A DNA stretch of 64,000 nt. Source: an uncultured Clostridium sp. (GTDB taxonomy: Bacteria; Bacillota; Clostridia; TANB77; CAG-508). A program made the position numbers and the translations under genes. The notes beneath the pieces were generated by a model. That model saw only the letters and a list, made by a program, of their open reading frames with translations. It was not told the origin of the DNA and made no database searches. Where the stretch lies: positions 2,089 to 66,088 of the forward strand of contig CABQAZ010000006.1 of assembly GCA_902462295.1 (NCBI GenBank), read 5' to 3'. This document shows positions 29,619 through 39,009 of the stretch, piece after piece. Numbering within the stretch: the stretch's first letter is position 1; every line of letters begins with the position of its first letter.

Positions 29619-30669
29619 TATAGGTTTACAATAGATATGTCACACTAAAGAATAGAAAAAGGAAATACCAATATGATATAATGTTTTTACCACAAAACTA
29701 ATATCGAAAGAAGGTATTTCCTATGAATAGTATAACACAAGATATAATATTTAAGCAATCAGTTGTAGAATATTCATTAAAACATGGAGTGACAGAAGCA
29801 GCAAAAAGATATAAACAGCATAGAAAAACAATATACAGATGGAGAGAAAAGTATGACGGAAGCAGAAAATCATAAGTAAATAAATCAAGAAGACCCCATT
29901 CACATCCAAATCAACATACCCAGGAAGAAATAAAAATGATAAAGAAATATAAGGCACAAAATCCAGATGTTGGGTTAGTGGTATTGTGGGTAAAATTGAT
30001 GAAAAACGGATATACAAGGCAAATAACGAGTTTGTATAGGGTGATGCAAAGGCTAGGAATATATAAAAAGACACCAAGTAAGATGTGAAATATGTGCCAA
30101 AGAAGTGTATGTCAAAAGAATTAAAAGAGCTATAAGAAAAATATTATCAATATACAGCAATAGATGAGTATACAAGGCAAAGAGTATTATGGGCGAGCAA
30201 AGAACATAGTACATATGCATTAACACAATTTATAGAAATAATAATAAAGAAATTTAAATATAAAATAGAATGTATACAAACAGATAATGGATTTGAATTT
30301 ACAAATAGATTGAATTCAAAAAAAGCCAAAGAGAAGACGATGTTTGAAAAGAAGCTGGAAGAGCTAGGAATAGAACATAAACTAATAAAGCCAAGAACAC
30401 CAAGACACAATGGAAAAGTTGAAAGAAGTCATAGAAAAGACCAAGAAAGATTTTATTACAAGAGAATATTTGTAAGTTTTGAAGATTTTAAAGAAAAATT
30501 AAGGCATTGGTCAAGAGAGTACAATAACTTTCCAATGAAACCATTAGGATGGAAAAGTCCAAATGAGAAATATGAGGAATTTCAAGCATTGTAGAGCCAA
30601 CATATCATATTTGGTATATGAAACACTAGATTTATCAATAAAGTGTGACATATGTTTGACAAACCTACA
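29619..30669 (+). mobile_element. Decayed IS (IS481-family-like, rve-type transposase)
   Basis: About 26-bp imperfect terminal IRs (TATAGGTTTACAATAGATATGTCACAC and GTGTGACATATGTTTGACAAACCTACA), flanked by a 25-bp direct repeat. Confidence 0.7.
29724..30594 (+). pseudogene. Transposase pseudogene (premature stop, internal deletion/frameshift)
   Basis: The HTH part MNSITQDIIFKQSVVEYSLKHGVTEAAKRY...DGSRKS ends in a stop. The DDE part (DVKYVP...YQYTAIDEYTR...IQTDNGFEF...PRTPRHNGKVERSH) is in other frames. Confidence 0.75.
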
Positions 30670-30760
30670 TAGGATAAAATATAAATTTTCTTAAAAACTA
30701 GAAAAAATAAGAATAATATGGTACAATTTTATTATAAAAAGATTTTTATAGGAGGATAAA

Positions 30761-31180
30761 ATGAATTCTAAAGCATATACAGAAGTTAATTTTATCATAA
30801 ATGAAATGAGTAATGAATTGTCAAATAAAATTCCAAAAGAGATAAAAGAAATGATTAAAGAAAAAATGGATGAAACATATGAATTTTACATAGATGATGA
30901 AGAATGGGAAGAAAAGGAATTGTTAGAAGATACTGAAAAAATTTTATCAGTTTTATATACAGATTATATAGCAAATGAAGAAGAAAAAAAGGTAATTTTA
31001 AATAAAGAAAAGATTATTATGCAAAAAAAATACGAGAACACAATTCAAACAAAGAATTTATGCGATGTATTTCCAAATAAAAAATATTTTAATGAAGAAA
31101 AAGAAATAGTGAAAGTTGAATATAAGAAAACATGGTATCAAAAAATAATTGAATATATAAGGCTAAAGATTAAGATATAA
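30761..31180 (+). CDS. Hypothetical acidic protein (139 aa)
   Basis: ORF with AGGAGG RBS. No family recognised. Confidence 0.55.
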   Translation: MNSKAYTEVNFIINEMSNELSNKIPKEIKEMIKEKMDETYEFYIDDEEWEEKELLEDTEKILSVLYTDYIANEEEKKVILNKEKIIMQKKYENTIQTKNLCDVFPNKKYFNEEKEIVKVEYKKTWYQKIIEYIRLKIKI

Positions 31181-31233
31181 AACAACTAAAAGTGTAAGTG
31201 AAATTTATATAATAATTAATATTGGGAGGAAAA

Positions 31234-33966
31234 ATGTCAGTTAATTTAAAATATAAACATCAGCAAAAAACGTATCAACTTATGTGGCAAGAATTAGAAA
31301 AATATGGAATGGCAGCATTTTCATATCCAACAGGATGTGGAAAATCATTTCCGCCACTTAAGTATATAGAAGATTATTTAAATCATCAGCAGAAAGGAAA
31401 TACATTAATTGTTGTTCCATATAATATTATTGCTGATCAATTTAAAGATTATATAAAACAATATGTGGATAATGGAAATAAAAGATTAAAAAATAAAAAT
31501 ATTATGGTAATTACATATTCAAAACTTGCTTTATGGATGAAATATGCAAAAAATTATGAAGTCGATATAGCAATTTTTGATGAAGCTCAAATGCTTGGTG
31601 CAGAAACTTATGAACCCGCATTTGAAAAATTAAGAGAACAGTATTCAGAAGCAAAATTGATAGCAATGACTGCAACACCAGAAAGAATGGATAACAGAAA
31701 TATGTTATATGAAAAATTTGGAGAACATGTAGTATATGAAATGAGTTTAACCGAGGCATTGAGTGGTTCTAAAGAGGGGGAAGTCATTTTAAAAGCACCC
31801 AAATATGTCAGAGTAATATCTCAATTAAAACCACTTCTTTCAATATATGAAGAAAAAATTGCTAAATATAATAACCCTAATAGAAAACCAATCCTATCGG
31901 AAAAATATCAAAGATTAGCTAATATTGTAAGCAATGCTCCTGGTATGGAAGATGTCTTAGCCCAAGCAATTACTAAGAAAAATGGAAAATTTATTGTTTA
32001 TTGTAAAAATAGAGAAGATATGTTCAAAAAAATGAAAGATGCAAAAGCAATATTTGGAAAAGTAAATGATAATATAAAAATGGATTATTTGTTATCTATT
32101 GATTCTAATGGAACAGGAAAAACAACCCCACAGAACTTAAAATCATTAAGAGAATTTGAAGAAAGTGAATACAATGATACCCTTCAACTACTATTTTGTG
32201 TAGATATGCTTAACTTAGGAAAACACATTGATGGTGAAAAGCTTGATGGAGAAGTATTTTTTAGAGAAACTTATTCATCTCAAGTATATAAACAGCAAAT
32301 GGGGAGAATTATGGTTCCAGAAGATAAAGGAGAACAAAAAATAATAATAGATGCTGTAAATAACTGGCTTAGACAGGTAGATGCTTTTGATGAACTAGTT
32401 CAAGCTATTGGTATTGGAAATGGAAAAAATCCAGAAAATAACTATGATTTATTTAAATTAACAGCTGAAGAAATTGAGTTTCTAGATTTGTTAAGAGAAA
32501 TTGGTGAAGAACTAAGATATAACTGCTTTGGTACATATGAACAAATAATTGAATGGTTAGAAACTCATGATGGTAAAATGCCACAAGCTAGACTTAGAAA
32601 AAACGGCAGATATATTAACGGTGAGGAACTTGAAGAAAATGAACTTGAAGAAAGAAAATTATATGGTAGATGGCTTAACTGCCCTGAAAAGAAAATGCTT
32701 GATAAATATATAGGAATAGACATTAAAGATATACCAGAAGAATGGCAAGAAAAAATACAAAAATTAAGAAGTTTTGGGTTAGGACTAAAGAAAAAAGGGG
32801 TATATGAGAGATTAATAGAATGGTTAGATATGCATAATGGAAAAATGCCTAAAGCATCAGCTACATTTAGAGATGAAAACGGAGATTATATTAGAGCTGA
32901 AAATCTTTTGCCAGAGCAAAAAGAAGAAAAAAATTTATATAATGATTGGACTAAAAGCGATGAAATCAAAATGCTAAAAAAATATATTGGTGTTTCTCTT
33001 GAAGAAATACCAGAAAGCGAAGAATGTAAAGAAATAATAAAGATACTTAGATCTTATGGACTAGGAATTTCTTTGCATGAAGAGTATATTGACTTTTTAA
33101 AAAGATACGGAAGAGAACCACGCCAAGGAATAAGAAGAAATGGAAAAACACTTGGAAAAAATGAAACAACAGATGAGCAGAAAAAAGAAAAAAGTTTATA
33201 TTATAGATGGAATAAATCAGAAGAAAAAAAGATTTCAGATGAATATTCTGGAATGCCATTAGATGAGGTCCCAGAAAATTGGAGAAAAAAAATTGAAGAA
33301 CTCCGTATATTTAACGTAGGTAATAAAGATATAAGACCTTTGTTTGAAAAAATGGTTGAATGGCTTGAAATTCATAATGGAAGAACTCCTTTTGGGTATA
33401 ACGGTATTCCGGTTTCAGAATTAAATGAAGAATTGTTAGCAGAAAGAACACTATTTAATGAATGGATTAATAGTGATTTGAAAAAAACAACTTGGAAATA
33501 TATTAGCCGTGATTTATCAGAAGTACCTGAAGAATGGAGAGAACAAGTTGGAAAAATGAGAGAATTAGGAGTTGGGCTAGATATTTTTGATGAAATGCTT
33601 ATATGGTTTAATGAAGGTCATAAAGGAAAATTGCCTTTAGCTAGATTTTGTAAAGATGGACATGTTATTAGCTCCACTCAAATGACAGAAGAACAAAAGA
33701 AAGAATCTAGTTTTTCTCAAAGGTGGAGAATAAGTCCATTAAAAAAAGCCTTAGATACCTATGCCGATAAAACTATTGATGAAATTCCAATAGAATGGAG
33801 AAATCAAATATCAACATTAAGAAAAAATGGAATATTTGGTAAAACGAAACAGGAAAGAATTACAGAAAGATTAAAAAAATCAGTAGCAAGAAATGTAGAA
33901 TATAATTCAAATGTAAGAGAGGAGATTGGGAAAAGTATTAGAAAGGAGAAGGAAAAATTAGTATAG
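31234..33966 (+). CDS. SF2 helicase (DEAQ box) with five tandem helicase-associated (HA)-like repeats
   Basis: PTGCGKS, FDEAQMLG, MTATPER, QQMGRIM. The C-terminal half is about 85-aa repeats (EWLxxHxGxxP...LYxxW...IPEEW...LRxxGxG). Confidence 0.8.
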   Translation: MSVNLKYKHQQKTYQLMWQELEKYGMAAFSYPTGCGKSFPPLKYIEDYLNHQQKGNTLIVVPYNIIADQFKDYIKQYVDNGNKRLKNKNIMVITYSKLALWMKYAKNYEVDIAIFDEAQMLGAETYEPAFEKLREQYSEAKLIAMTATPERMDNRNMLYEKFGEHVVYEMSLTEALSGSKEGEVILKAPKYVRVISQLKPLLSIYEEKIAKYNNPNRKPILSEKYQRLANIVSNAPGMEDVLAQAITKKNGKFIVYCKNREDMFKKMKDAKAIFGKVNDNIKMDYLLSIDSNGTGKTTPQNLKSLREFEESEYNDTLQLLFCVDMLNLGKHIDGEKLDGEVFFRETYSSQVYKQQMGRIMVPEDKGEQKIIIDAVNNWLRQVDAFDELVQAIGIGNGKNPENNYDLFKLTAEEIEFLDLLREIGEELRYNCFGTYEQIIEWLETHDGKMPQARLRKNGRYINGEELEENELEERKLYGRWLNCPEKKMLDKYIGIDIKDIPEEWQEKIQKLRSFGLGLKKKGVYERLIEWLDMHNGKMPKASATFRDENGDYIRAENLLPEQKEEKNLYNDWTKSDEIKMLKKYIGVSLEEIPESEECKEIIKILRSYGLGISLHEEYIDFLKRYGREPRQGIRRNGKTLGKNETTDEQKKEKSLYYRWNKSEEKKISDEYSGMPLDEVPENWRKKIEELRIFNVGNKDIRPLFEKMVEWLEIHNGRTPFGYNGIPVSELNEELLAERTLFNEWINSDLKKTTWKYISRDLSEVPEEWREQVGKMRELGVGLDIFDEMLIWFNEGHKGKLPLARFCKDGHVISSTQMTEEQKKESSFSQRWRISPLKKALDTYADKTIDEIPIEWRNQISTLRKNGIFGKTKQERITERLKKSVARNVEYNSNVREEIGKSIRKEKEKLV
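32535..33846 (+). repeat. Five tandem coding repeats of about 255 bp (protein-level HA-like modules)
   Basis: Repeat starts: YEQIIEWLETHDGKMP, YERLIEWLDMHNGKMP, EEYIDFLKRYGREP, FEKMVEWLEIHNGRTP, FDEMLIWFNEGHKGKLP. Confidence 0.75.
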
Positions 33967-34451
33967 GCTAAAAATATCCGTTTTAAGGCTTTTTATGAAT
34001 ATTGGAAGCGGACATTTTAACTATATGGAAAATACTTATTAGTATTTTTTGAGAAGTTTGATAAAAATTAAATTTTTTTTATACACAGGGGAGGACAAAA
34101 TCGATTTTTATGAGCAAATAAGTGAAGGAGTTAAAACTCTTTCACTTATTTTAGTATTTTTCAAAAAAATAATCATAAAATTAAATAAAAAAGGAAATAA
34201 AACAAATGGCAAAACAAGAACAATTGCAATTTTTTTGCATATTCAAAGAAGAAAAAGTCGATTTTCAAACATTATTAGAAAAGGTATTTATAGAATTTAT
34301 CCAAGAAAAAGAAAATAAGAAGAAATCTTCTAAATCTTGAAATACAAGAAAGTTTCAAGAATATAGTTAAATTTTTTTTGAACTTTGTAAAATAAGAAAG
34401 AAATGATATAATATTCTTTAGCAGATGATTGCTAAAGAATAGGAGGCGAAA

Positions 34452-36074
34452 ATGATCTTTAGCAATTACAATAATCAAACATTTAAAGTAGCAATATATA
34501 TACGACTTTCACGAGAAGATGGAGACAAACAAGAAAGTGAAAGTATTGGAAATCAAAGGGACATCATAATGAGATACATTAAAGAAAATCATTTGCAATT
34601 CATAGACGAATATGTAGATGATGGAATATCTGGGACAACATTCGAAAGACCTGGTTTTCAAAGAATGATATCTGACATTGAGCAACAAAGGATTAACATG
34701 GTTATAACAAAAGACTTATCAAGGCTTGGAAGAGAGTATATACAGACAGGTCAATACATTGAAAAATATTTTCCAGAACACAATATAAGATATGTTGCTA
34801 TAAATGATGGGATTGATACATTTAGCAATACATCATGTAATGATATAACACCATTTAAATCTATTTTAAATGATATGTATGCAAAAGATATTTCAAAAAA
34901 AGTCAGAAGTGTTATAAAAGAAAAACAAATAAAAGGCGAATATATGTGTACAGTTGCACCATATGGATATAAAAAAGATAAAGTTCAAAAAAATCATTTA
35001 GTAATTGATGAAAATACAAGCTATATAGTAAAAGATATTTTTAACATGTATTTAAATGGAAATAGTGTTTATTCAATAAGAGATAATCTAAATAAAAGAA
35101 AAATTCAATCTCCAAGTGGATATGCAAAGAAACAAATTGAAATAAAAAAGTGGAACAGTGTAACAATTTTAAACATATTATCAAACAAGGCTTATATTGG
35201 AACAACAGTAGCCAATAAAAGAACTAATTTATCTTACAAATCTAAAAAAAGAATTAAGGTACCAATAGAAGAACATATCATAACAGAAAACACTCATGAA
35301 CCTATAATAGAAAAAGAAGATTTTGAAAAAGTACAATTTTTATTAGCAAAAAAAAGCATAAATAAAAAAAATAGGCATGAATACTTATTTAGAGGATTAA
35401 TTAAGTGCAAAACATGTCACAGCAATCTTGAAGTTGGTGCAAAACTAACAAAAAAAGGTAAAGAAATTAAAAATCCAATTCCATACATAACTTGTAGAAA
35501 TTCAAAAAAAGGAATTTGCCAACCACAACATTTAAATTACTATAAATTTGAAAAAGAAACATTAGAATATTTAAAAAAATTTTTAACTTTATATACAGAT
35601 AAAGACGAATTAAAGGAAATTTATAAGGAATATAAAAATAATAAAGATATTAATATTGCAAAGTACAAAAAAGAAATAAAGTTAATAGAAAGTAAGATAA
35701 GTAACATTTCAAGCCAAATTGATAACATATATTTTGACAAAATCAACCATGTTATATCACAGGAGGATTATTTTAGATATACAAATAAAATTATAAATGA
35801 AAGAGATTCTTTGATAAATCAAAAAAATGAAATAAACAAACTTATAAATAGTATAAAAGAAAAACAAGGTAAATATTCAGAAAAGGAATTAAATGAAACA
35901 GTTAAAGAATTTTTAAATAATCCATCCAAAAAAACAATATATAGATTAATAGATTATATTGAAATAGATGAAAATAAAAAAATATATATTCATTTTGCAT
36001 TTAGTAAATTAAGTTGTATAAGTGATTGGATAGATGAAACAATTGAATTAAAAGAGTTACTAAATCAGGAGTAA
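34452..36074 (+). CDS. Large serine recombinase
   Basis: VAIYIRLSREDGDKQESESIGNQ (catalytic Ser), TKDLSRLGREY, recombinase domain, Cys-rich zinc ribbon (CKTCHS...C) and coiled-coil tail. Confidence 0.9.
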   Translation: MIFSNYNNQTFKVAIYIRLSREDGDKQESESIGNQRDIIMRYIKENHLQFIDEYVDDGISGTTFERPGFQRMISDIEQQRINMVITKDLSRLGREYIQTGQYIEKYFPEHNIRYVAINDGIDTFSNTSCNDITPFKSILNDMYAKDISKKVRSVIKEKQIKGEYMCTVAPYGYKKDKVQKNHLVIDENTSYIVKDIFNMYLNGNSVYSIRDNLNKRKIQSPSGYAKKQIEIKKWNSVTILNILSNKAYIGTTVANKRTNLSYKSKKRIKVPIEEHIITENTHEPIIEKEDFEKVQFLLAKKSINKKNRHEYLFRGLIKCKTCHSNLEVGAKLTKKGKEIKNPIPYITCRNSKKGICQPQHLNYYKFEKETLEYLKKFLTLYTDKDELKEIYKEYKNNKDINIAKYKKEIKLIESKISNISSQIDNIYFDKINHVISQEDYFRYTNKIINERDSLINQKNEINKLINSIKEKQGKYSEKELNETVKEFLNNPSKKTIYRLIDYIEIDENKKIYIHFAFSKLSCISDWIDETIELKELLNQE

Positions 36075-36097
36075 AAATAACTGTGAAAATTAAGTCA

Positions 36098-36447
36098 ACC
36101 CCATCAGGATTAACCAGAGGAACAATATAAATAGAAACAGAATCAAATAAACGTCTAGCAGAAAAATTCCAAATAGTTAAATTATTCTGTATTGCATTAC
36201 AGTATTCATATAAAAATTCTAAAAGAACAATAGAAGTTATCCACTCATTTGCATGGTAACTTGCAGAATAAAAAACTTCTTTTTGTCCACGTCCAACTCT
36301 AACATAAGGAATATCTTTACCCATAATACTCTTTCCAATAGAACCTGTTTGAATAAATGGATAAGACTGTTTTAAGATATTCAAATTTTCATACAATAAA
36401 TTAGAACTAAAAACAAAATCGTCCATAAAAACCTCTTTTTCCGGCAT
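36098..36447 (-). CDS. M14 peptidase, 5' segment (the ORF as it stands reads on into the element to 36001)
   Basis: GKSIMGKDIPYVRVG...SASYHANEWITS (HxxE zinc motif)...IVPLVNPDGVDL, then unrelated residues. Confidence 0.8.
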
Positions 36448-36569
36448 ATTTTAAATAAATGCCATAAATTTCTTGCAATATTATATGACAAAATAAAAAA
36501 TATGTGATATAAATATAATAGGTTCAAAAACTTTTATAAATTAAAAATTGTAAAAAGTAGGAGAAAGAT

Positions 36570-37406
36570 ATGGATAAAAAACAAAGAGGTCAGAAAGGAA
36601 GACATAGTTCAAATACATATAGGACTGTTGTAAAAAGAGAAAATAGAAAAATAAAAAAAAGAAAATTAAATAAAAAGAAAGTTGCGATATTAATTATTTT
36701 AATAATAATGATAGGAATATTAATAACAAAGACCAAAAAGAAAAACAAAATAACAGAAACATCAGTAGAACAGAATTCAGAAATAACAAGTGAAACAAGT
36801 ACAAATGAAGAAAATCAAGAACAAAATCCAATAGAAGAAAAAGAAATAAATGATTGGAGATTAACACTTGCAAATTATGAAAATCTTTTACCAGAAAATT
36901 TTGAAGTAAAAGTAGAAAGCATAGATGGAACTCGACAATTTGATGCAAGAGCAATAGGAGAATTGAAAGACATGATGAATGCAATGAGAAATGATGGAAT
37001 AAGTAATATATGGGTACAATCAGCATATAGAAGTGTAGCAAGACAAAAAGAATTATATGATAATAGTGTACAAAAATACTTACAACAAGGAAAAACTAAA
37101 GAAGAAGCAGAAGAATTAACAAATGACTATATAAACAAACCAGGTTCAAGTGACCATAATTTAGGATTAGCTGTAGATTTTAATTATGTAGATAATAAAT
37201 TTGAAAAACTTGATGGATTTAAATGGCTTAAAGAAAATGCAGAAAACTATGGATTTATTTTAAGATATCCGAAAGATAAAGAAGATATAACAAAAATATC
37301 TTATGAATCATGGCATTGGAGATATGTAGGAGTAGAACATGCAAAAAAAATGAATGAACTTAACATGTGTTTAGAAGAGTATGTGGAATATTTAAAGAAA
37401 CAATAA
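36570..37406 (+). CDS. D-alanyl-D-alanine carboxypeptidase, VanY/M15B family, membrane-anchored
   Basis: SAYRSVARQKELY, GSSDHNLGLAVDF and ESWHWRYVG motifs. Confidence 0.85.
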   Translation: MDKKQRGQKGRHSSNTYRTVVKRENRKIKKRKLNKKKVAILIILIIMIGILITKTKKKNKITETSVEQNSEITSETSTNEENQEQNPIEEKEINDWRLTLANYENLLPENFEVKVESIDGTRQFDARAIGELKDMMNAMRNDGISNIWVQSAYRSVARQKELYDNSVQKYLQQGKTKEEAEELTNDYINKPGSSDHNLGLAVDFNYVDNKFEKLDGFKWLKENAENYGFILRYPKDKEDITKISYESWHWRYVGVEHAKKMNELNMCLEEYVEYLKKQ

Positions 37407-37459
37407 ATTATAATAAATAAAGAAACATTAATTCAGCAAAAAAGAAAGGGAAAAATAAA

Positions 37460-38038
37460 ATGAAGAAAATTTATATTGTATTAACACATACAGGAACAGC
37501 ATTATCAACAATAATAAAATATTATACTAAAGATGAATTTTCACATATTTCAATAGCATTAGATGAAGATTTAAAAGAAATGTATAGCTTTGGTAGATTA
37601 AATCCGTACAATCCCTTTTGGGGTGGTTTTGTACATGAAAATATAAAATATGGGACGTTTAGAAGATTTAAAAATACTAGAACAGAAATATATTCTTTAT
37701 TAATTGAGAATGAACAATATAACAGAATAAGAAAAGTAATTAATTATTTTAAAGAGAACAAAGAAAAATATAGATTTAATATAATTGGACTATTTTGTGT
37801 TAGTTTAAAAAAGCAAATAAAAAGAAAAAACACATTTTATTGTGCAGAATTTGTACAACATGTAATGAAATCATCTGGAATTTTAGTTAAAGATTTACCG
37901 CGTGTAATCAAACCAGAAGATTTTAAAAGAATTGAAAGATTAGAATTAGAATATCAAGGATTATTAAAAAAATATAAAAAAAGAGAAAATCCTAAATTAA
38001 AAGAAATGTTGCAAGAGAAAAAGATAAGTTATATATAA
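37460..38038 (+). CDS. Putative permuted papain-like (YiiX/NlpC-type) hydrolase
   Basis: His-containing N-terminal segment (DEFSHISIAL) precedes FYCAEFVQHV. Tentative call. Confidence 0.4.
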   Translation: MKKIYIVLTHTGTALSTIIKYYTKDEFSHISIALDEDLKEMYSFGRLNPYNPFWGGFVHENIKYGTFRRFKNTRTEIYSLLIENEQYNRIRKVINYFKENKEKYRFNIIGLFCVSLKKQIKRKNTFYCAEFVQHVMKSSGILVKDLPRVIKPEDFKRIERLELEYQGLLKKYKKRENPKLKEMLQEKKISYI

Positions 38039-38168
38039 AAGATAAAAAGTTCCCCCTTTTTTGAGAAAAGGGGGAATAAACATTATTAAGAAAAATTTAA
38101 TATTTTCTCTATTTTTTCTTAATAAAGATTTGCTATAATATAAAAAATAAAGAAAGGAAAAAATAAAA

Positions 38169-38870
38169 ATGTACAATATATTAGTGGTAGATGATGATAA
38201 AGAAATTGTAAAGGCAATCGAAATATATTTAGGAAAAGAAAACTATAAAATAATAAAAGCATATGATGGAGAACAAGCTTTAGAAAAAATTAACAGCAAT
38301 GATATACAATTAATAATATTAGATATAATGATGCCCAAAAAAGATGGAATAGAGACACTTGAGGAGATTAGAAAAAATAAAAATATACCAGTAATAATGT
38401 TATCTGCAAAATCTGAAGATATAGATAAAATAAACGGTTTAAATATAGGTGCGGATGATTATGTAACTAAACCATTCAATCCTGTGGAATTAATAGCAAG
38501 AGTTAACGCATTAATAAGAAGATATACTAAATTTGGAGGTGAAGTAAAAGAAAACGCTTCTAATAAAAGTATTATAAAAACAGGAGAGTTAATAATAAAT
38601 GATGAATTAAAGAAAGTAATTAGTGAGGGAAAAGAAGTTAAATTAACGCCAACAGAATATAACATATTAAAGTTTTTAACAAAAAACAAAGGAAAAGTTT
38701 TTTCAATAGAAGAAATATATACAAATGTATGGGACGAGGAATGCTTTTCTGCAGAAAATGTAATTGCTGTACATATTAGGCATATAAGAGAAAAAATTGA
38801 GATAAATCCAAAGGAACCCAAATATTTAAAAGTAATATGGGGAATAGGGTATAAAGTAGAATCTCTATAA
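38169..38870 (+). CDS. OmpR-family response regulator
   Basis: Receiver (DDDKEI...LDIMMPKKDG...SAK) plus winged-helix output (LTPTEYNILKFL...IWGIGYK). Confidence 0.9.
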   Translation: MYNILVVDDDKEIVKAIEIYLGKENYKIIKAYDGEQALEKINSNDIQLIILDIMMPKKDGIETLEEIRKNKNIPVIMLSAKSEDIDKINGLNIGADDYVTKPFNPVELIARVNALIRRYTKFGGEVKENASNKSIIKTGELIINDELKKVISEGKEVKLTPTEYNILKFLTKNKGKVFSIEEIYTNVWDEECFSAENVIAVHIRHIREKIEINPKEPKYLKVIWGIGYKVESL

Positions 38871-38875
38871 AGTTC

Positions 38876-38990
38876 CCCTGAAATACCCGGTCCCAGAGGT
38901 GCAAAACAAAAAAGGTACCGAAAATACCCGGTCCCAAAGGTGCAAAATAAAAAAAGGTACCTAAAATACCCGGTCCCAAAGGTGCAAAAT
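38876..38990 (+). repeat. Three tandem 41-42-bp GC-rich repeats filling the RR-HK spacer
   Basis: Core AAATACCCGGTCCCA(G/A)AGGTGCAAAA at 38881, 38922 and 38964, each followed by an A-run and GGTACC. Confidence 0.9.
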
Positions 38991-39009
38991 TAAAAAGGAG
39001 GTCTCTAAA

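Larger units (their letters stand above)
27863..36102 (+). mobile_element. Second gene-splitting element (8,240 bp) with a large serine recombinase at its right end
   Basis: Junctions TAAATCTACCCCGGTTGGATTAA (27851-27873) and TAAGTCAACCCCATCAGGATTAA (36091-36113) share an ACCCC core in the same codon phase. Confidence 0.8.

Noticed and set aside
34049-34318. 89-aa plus-strand ORF and the overlapping minus ORF 34275-34478 upstream of the second recombinase.
   Set aside because: Lys/Ile/Phe-rich low complexity and no RBS. It overlaps the better-formed 44-aa ORF in another frame, so I treated it as intergenic.
27863-36102. Possibility that the second intervening element is a prophage.
   Set aside because: No capsid, portal, terminase, tail or lysis genes are recognisable. 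Cargo is an ATPase, a dead IS, a helicase and small ORFs.
38776-38990. The tandem repeats considered as a CRISPR array; also the 67-aa minus ORF built from them.
   Set aside because: Only three units, with about 15-bp A-rich linkers rather than unique spacers of about 30 bp, and no cas genes. The ORF is merely the repeat read in frame (GPGI.GTFF repeated).
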